Part shown: in pieces, positions 62,763 to 64,000 of the stretch | Layout of the letters: every line of letters begins with the position of its first letter | Position numbering within the stretch: position 1 is the first letter of the stretch | Origin: Octopus sinensis | Taxonomy: Eukaryota | Direction: 5' to 3' | DNA length: 64,000 nt | Assembly: GCF_006345805.1 (NCBI RefSeq) | Contig: NC_043001.1 | Location: 19,406,001-19,470,000 of the forward strand | The notes under the pieces: model-generated | What the model saw: only the letters and a program-made list of their open reading frames with translations | Databases searched by the model: none | What the model was told of the DNA's origin: nothing | Translations under genes and position numbers: made by a program

Positions 62763-64000
62763 GGTAAAACATAAAACATAAATCCGAAAAAGAAGAATAC
62801 TCTAAGTTATAGAGTTAAAGTTAGACGAGGCCAGTTTATGGGATTAGTCCTGGGTTTCACGTCCATAAAACGTATCGTCGGATCCCAAACCTGTTCGCTT
62901 GTGGCCTCTCTAGAATATGGAGAAGGAAAAAACTTCTTTACTCTGTCGACAACAGGAGATTGCTTCCCTTTGGCTGTCATTTGTAAATGGCCCTGTTATC
63001 GTGTGGGTCCCAGTAGGCCAGCGGGAATTTCCTGAAGTGCAAGCATGGTCTGAAAATCTCTGTTCTGGAGTTAAGGATGTTCCCCAGGTCGGGGGAATCC
63101 TTTAGTATCCTCGTCCATTCTGCTATTCATAGTTTACAATACTTGGTCCCGTTTACGTAAGGGCCTGGATTTGCTTGGATTTACCATATTACGTGTGGAA
63201 TTCCTTCGCCCTTTAACTGCCATCTTGGCAGCTGAAGGACGACGGAATTCCATCATGGCAGTTGAAGCATTGGTGGATTTAGATTCTTTATTTGTGCATT
63301 AAAGCTACTATTGGTTTCATGTTAAGGAAATTCTCAAGAATTGTTCAAGCCAATCACATAGAAGAATTGGTGTTTGTCTCCATTTTGGATTAAAACACGA
63401 TAGAATATAGAGAAAGTCAGGAGGTGCGGGATCAATATATTTATTACTCCAGTTGATATCCATAAGATTACGATCATTTCGCAGCTGATATCATGGAAAA
63501 ATAATTTATATTAGAGTATATTATTTTACTGATTCTTTTTTGATATCTTGCTAAATCGCCTTTCCTCACTTCTACGGAAAACTTACTTTTATTAATTATT
63601 GTCTTTCATACATTATTATTTCGAAGGTGATTTGTGTGTGTGTGTGTGTGTACTGGAGCTGAAGAATGGATGTAACCATAATACTCTATGGATCTGAAGA
63701 ACTAACCTCCTTTACGTGTATTAGCTTGTAGAATGTACAATAAAACTATACAATTTATAACATACACACTAGTACAGATATGTAAAATAATTTATCATAC
63801 ACTATAATAAATTAGTTTTCCATAACGTTGGCTGCAAAATGATCGTAATCTTATGGATATCAACAAGTGAAATAAATGTTTTCATCTCATACCTCCTCAC
63901 TTTCTTTATACTCTATATACTCCTCATGAAATAATCATTACTGATTAGATTTACCGAATTTCAACTGCATACACCTCTCTGTATTGTTTTACTATGTGGT

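Noticed and set aside
63657-63700. CTGAAGA-A-TGG..CCA hairpin
   Set aside because: Followed by TAAT rather than GAAA; too degenerate to call.

Overview
This is a repeat-saturated animal genomic window, about 36% GC by eye. The SINE families, extreme (TA)n/(CA)n/(TATG)n density and Penelope-like elements point to an octopod cephalopod; this is inference from recognition, not a database result. I can support no host protein-coding exon, and most ORF-track entries are microsatellite translations. One intact tRNA-Ile(AAT) gene with a Pol III terminator lies at 11956-12029 (-). The rest is mobile DNA. There are two clades of Penelope-like elements (PLE-A, PLE-B), including a head-to-head PLE-A palindrome and a ~2.5 kb tandem duplication that may be an assembly artefact. 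Also present are a near full-length decayed CR1-group LINE, a CRE-clade RT relic, a solo LTR with TSD, Tc1/pogo/hAT-type MITEs, Helitron-like elements, many tRNA-derived SINEs in several modular families, and one 100-N gap. The most interesting signal is a set of about a dozen hammerhead-ribozyme (HHR)-like motifs in several short PLE-related families. These include a U3-A8 compensatory core in the PLE-A 3' repeat, a ~520 bp non-coding element with an HHR framed by inverted and direct repeats (retrozyme-like), and a sister element with a cUACGg-capped stem III. A second signal is the main SINE's preference for (A)GGTA target sites, a motif it also carries internally, which would explain its self-tandem arrays. 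All structures were folded by eye; coordinates of decayed elements are approximate.
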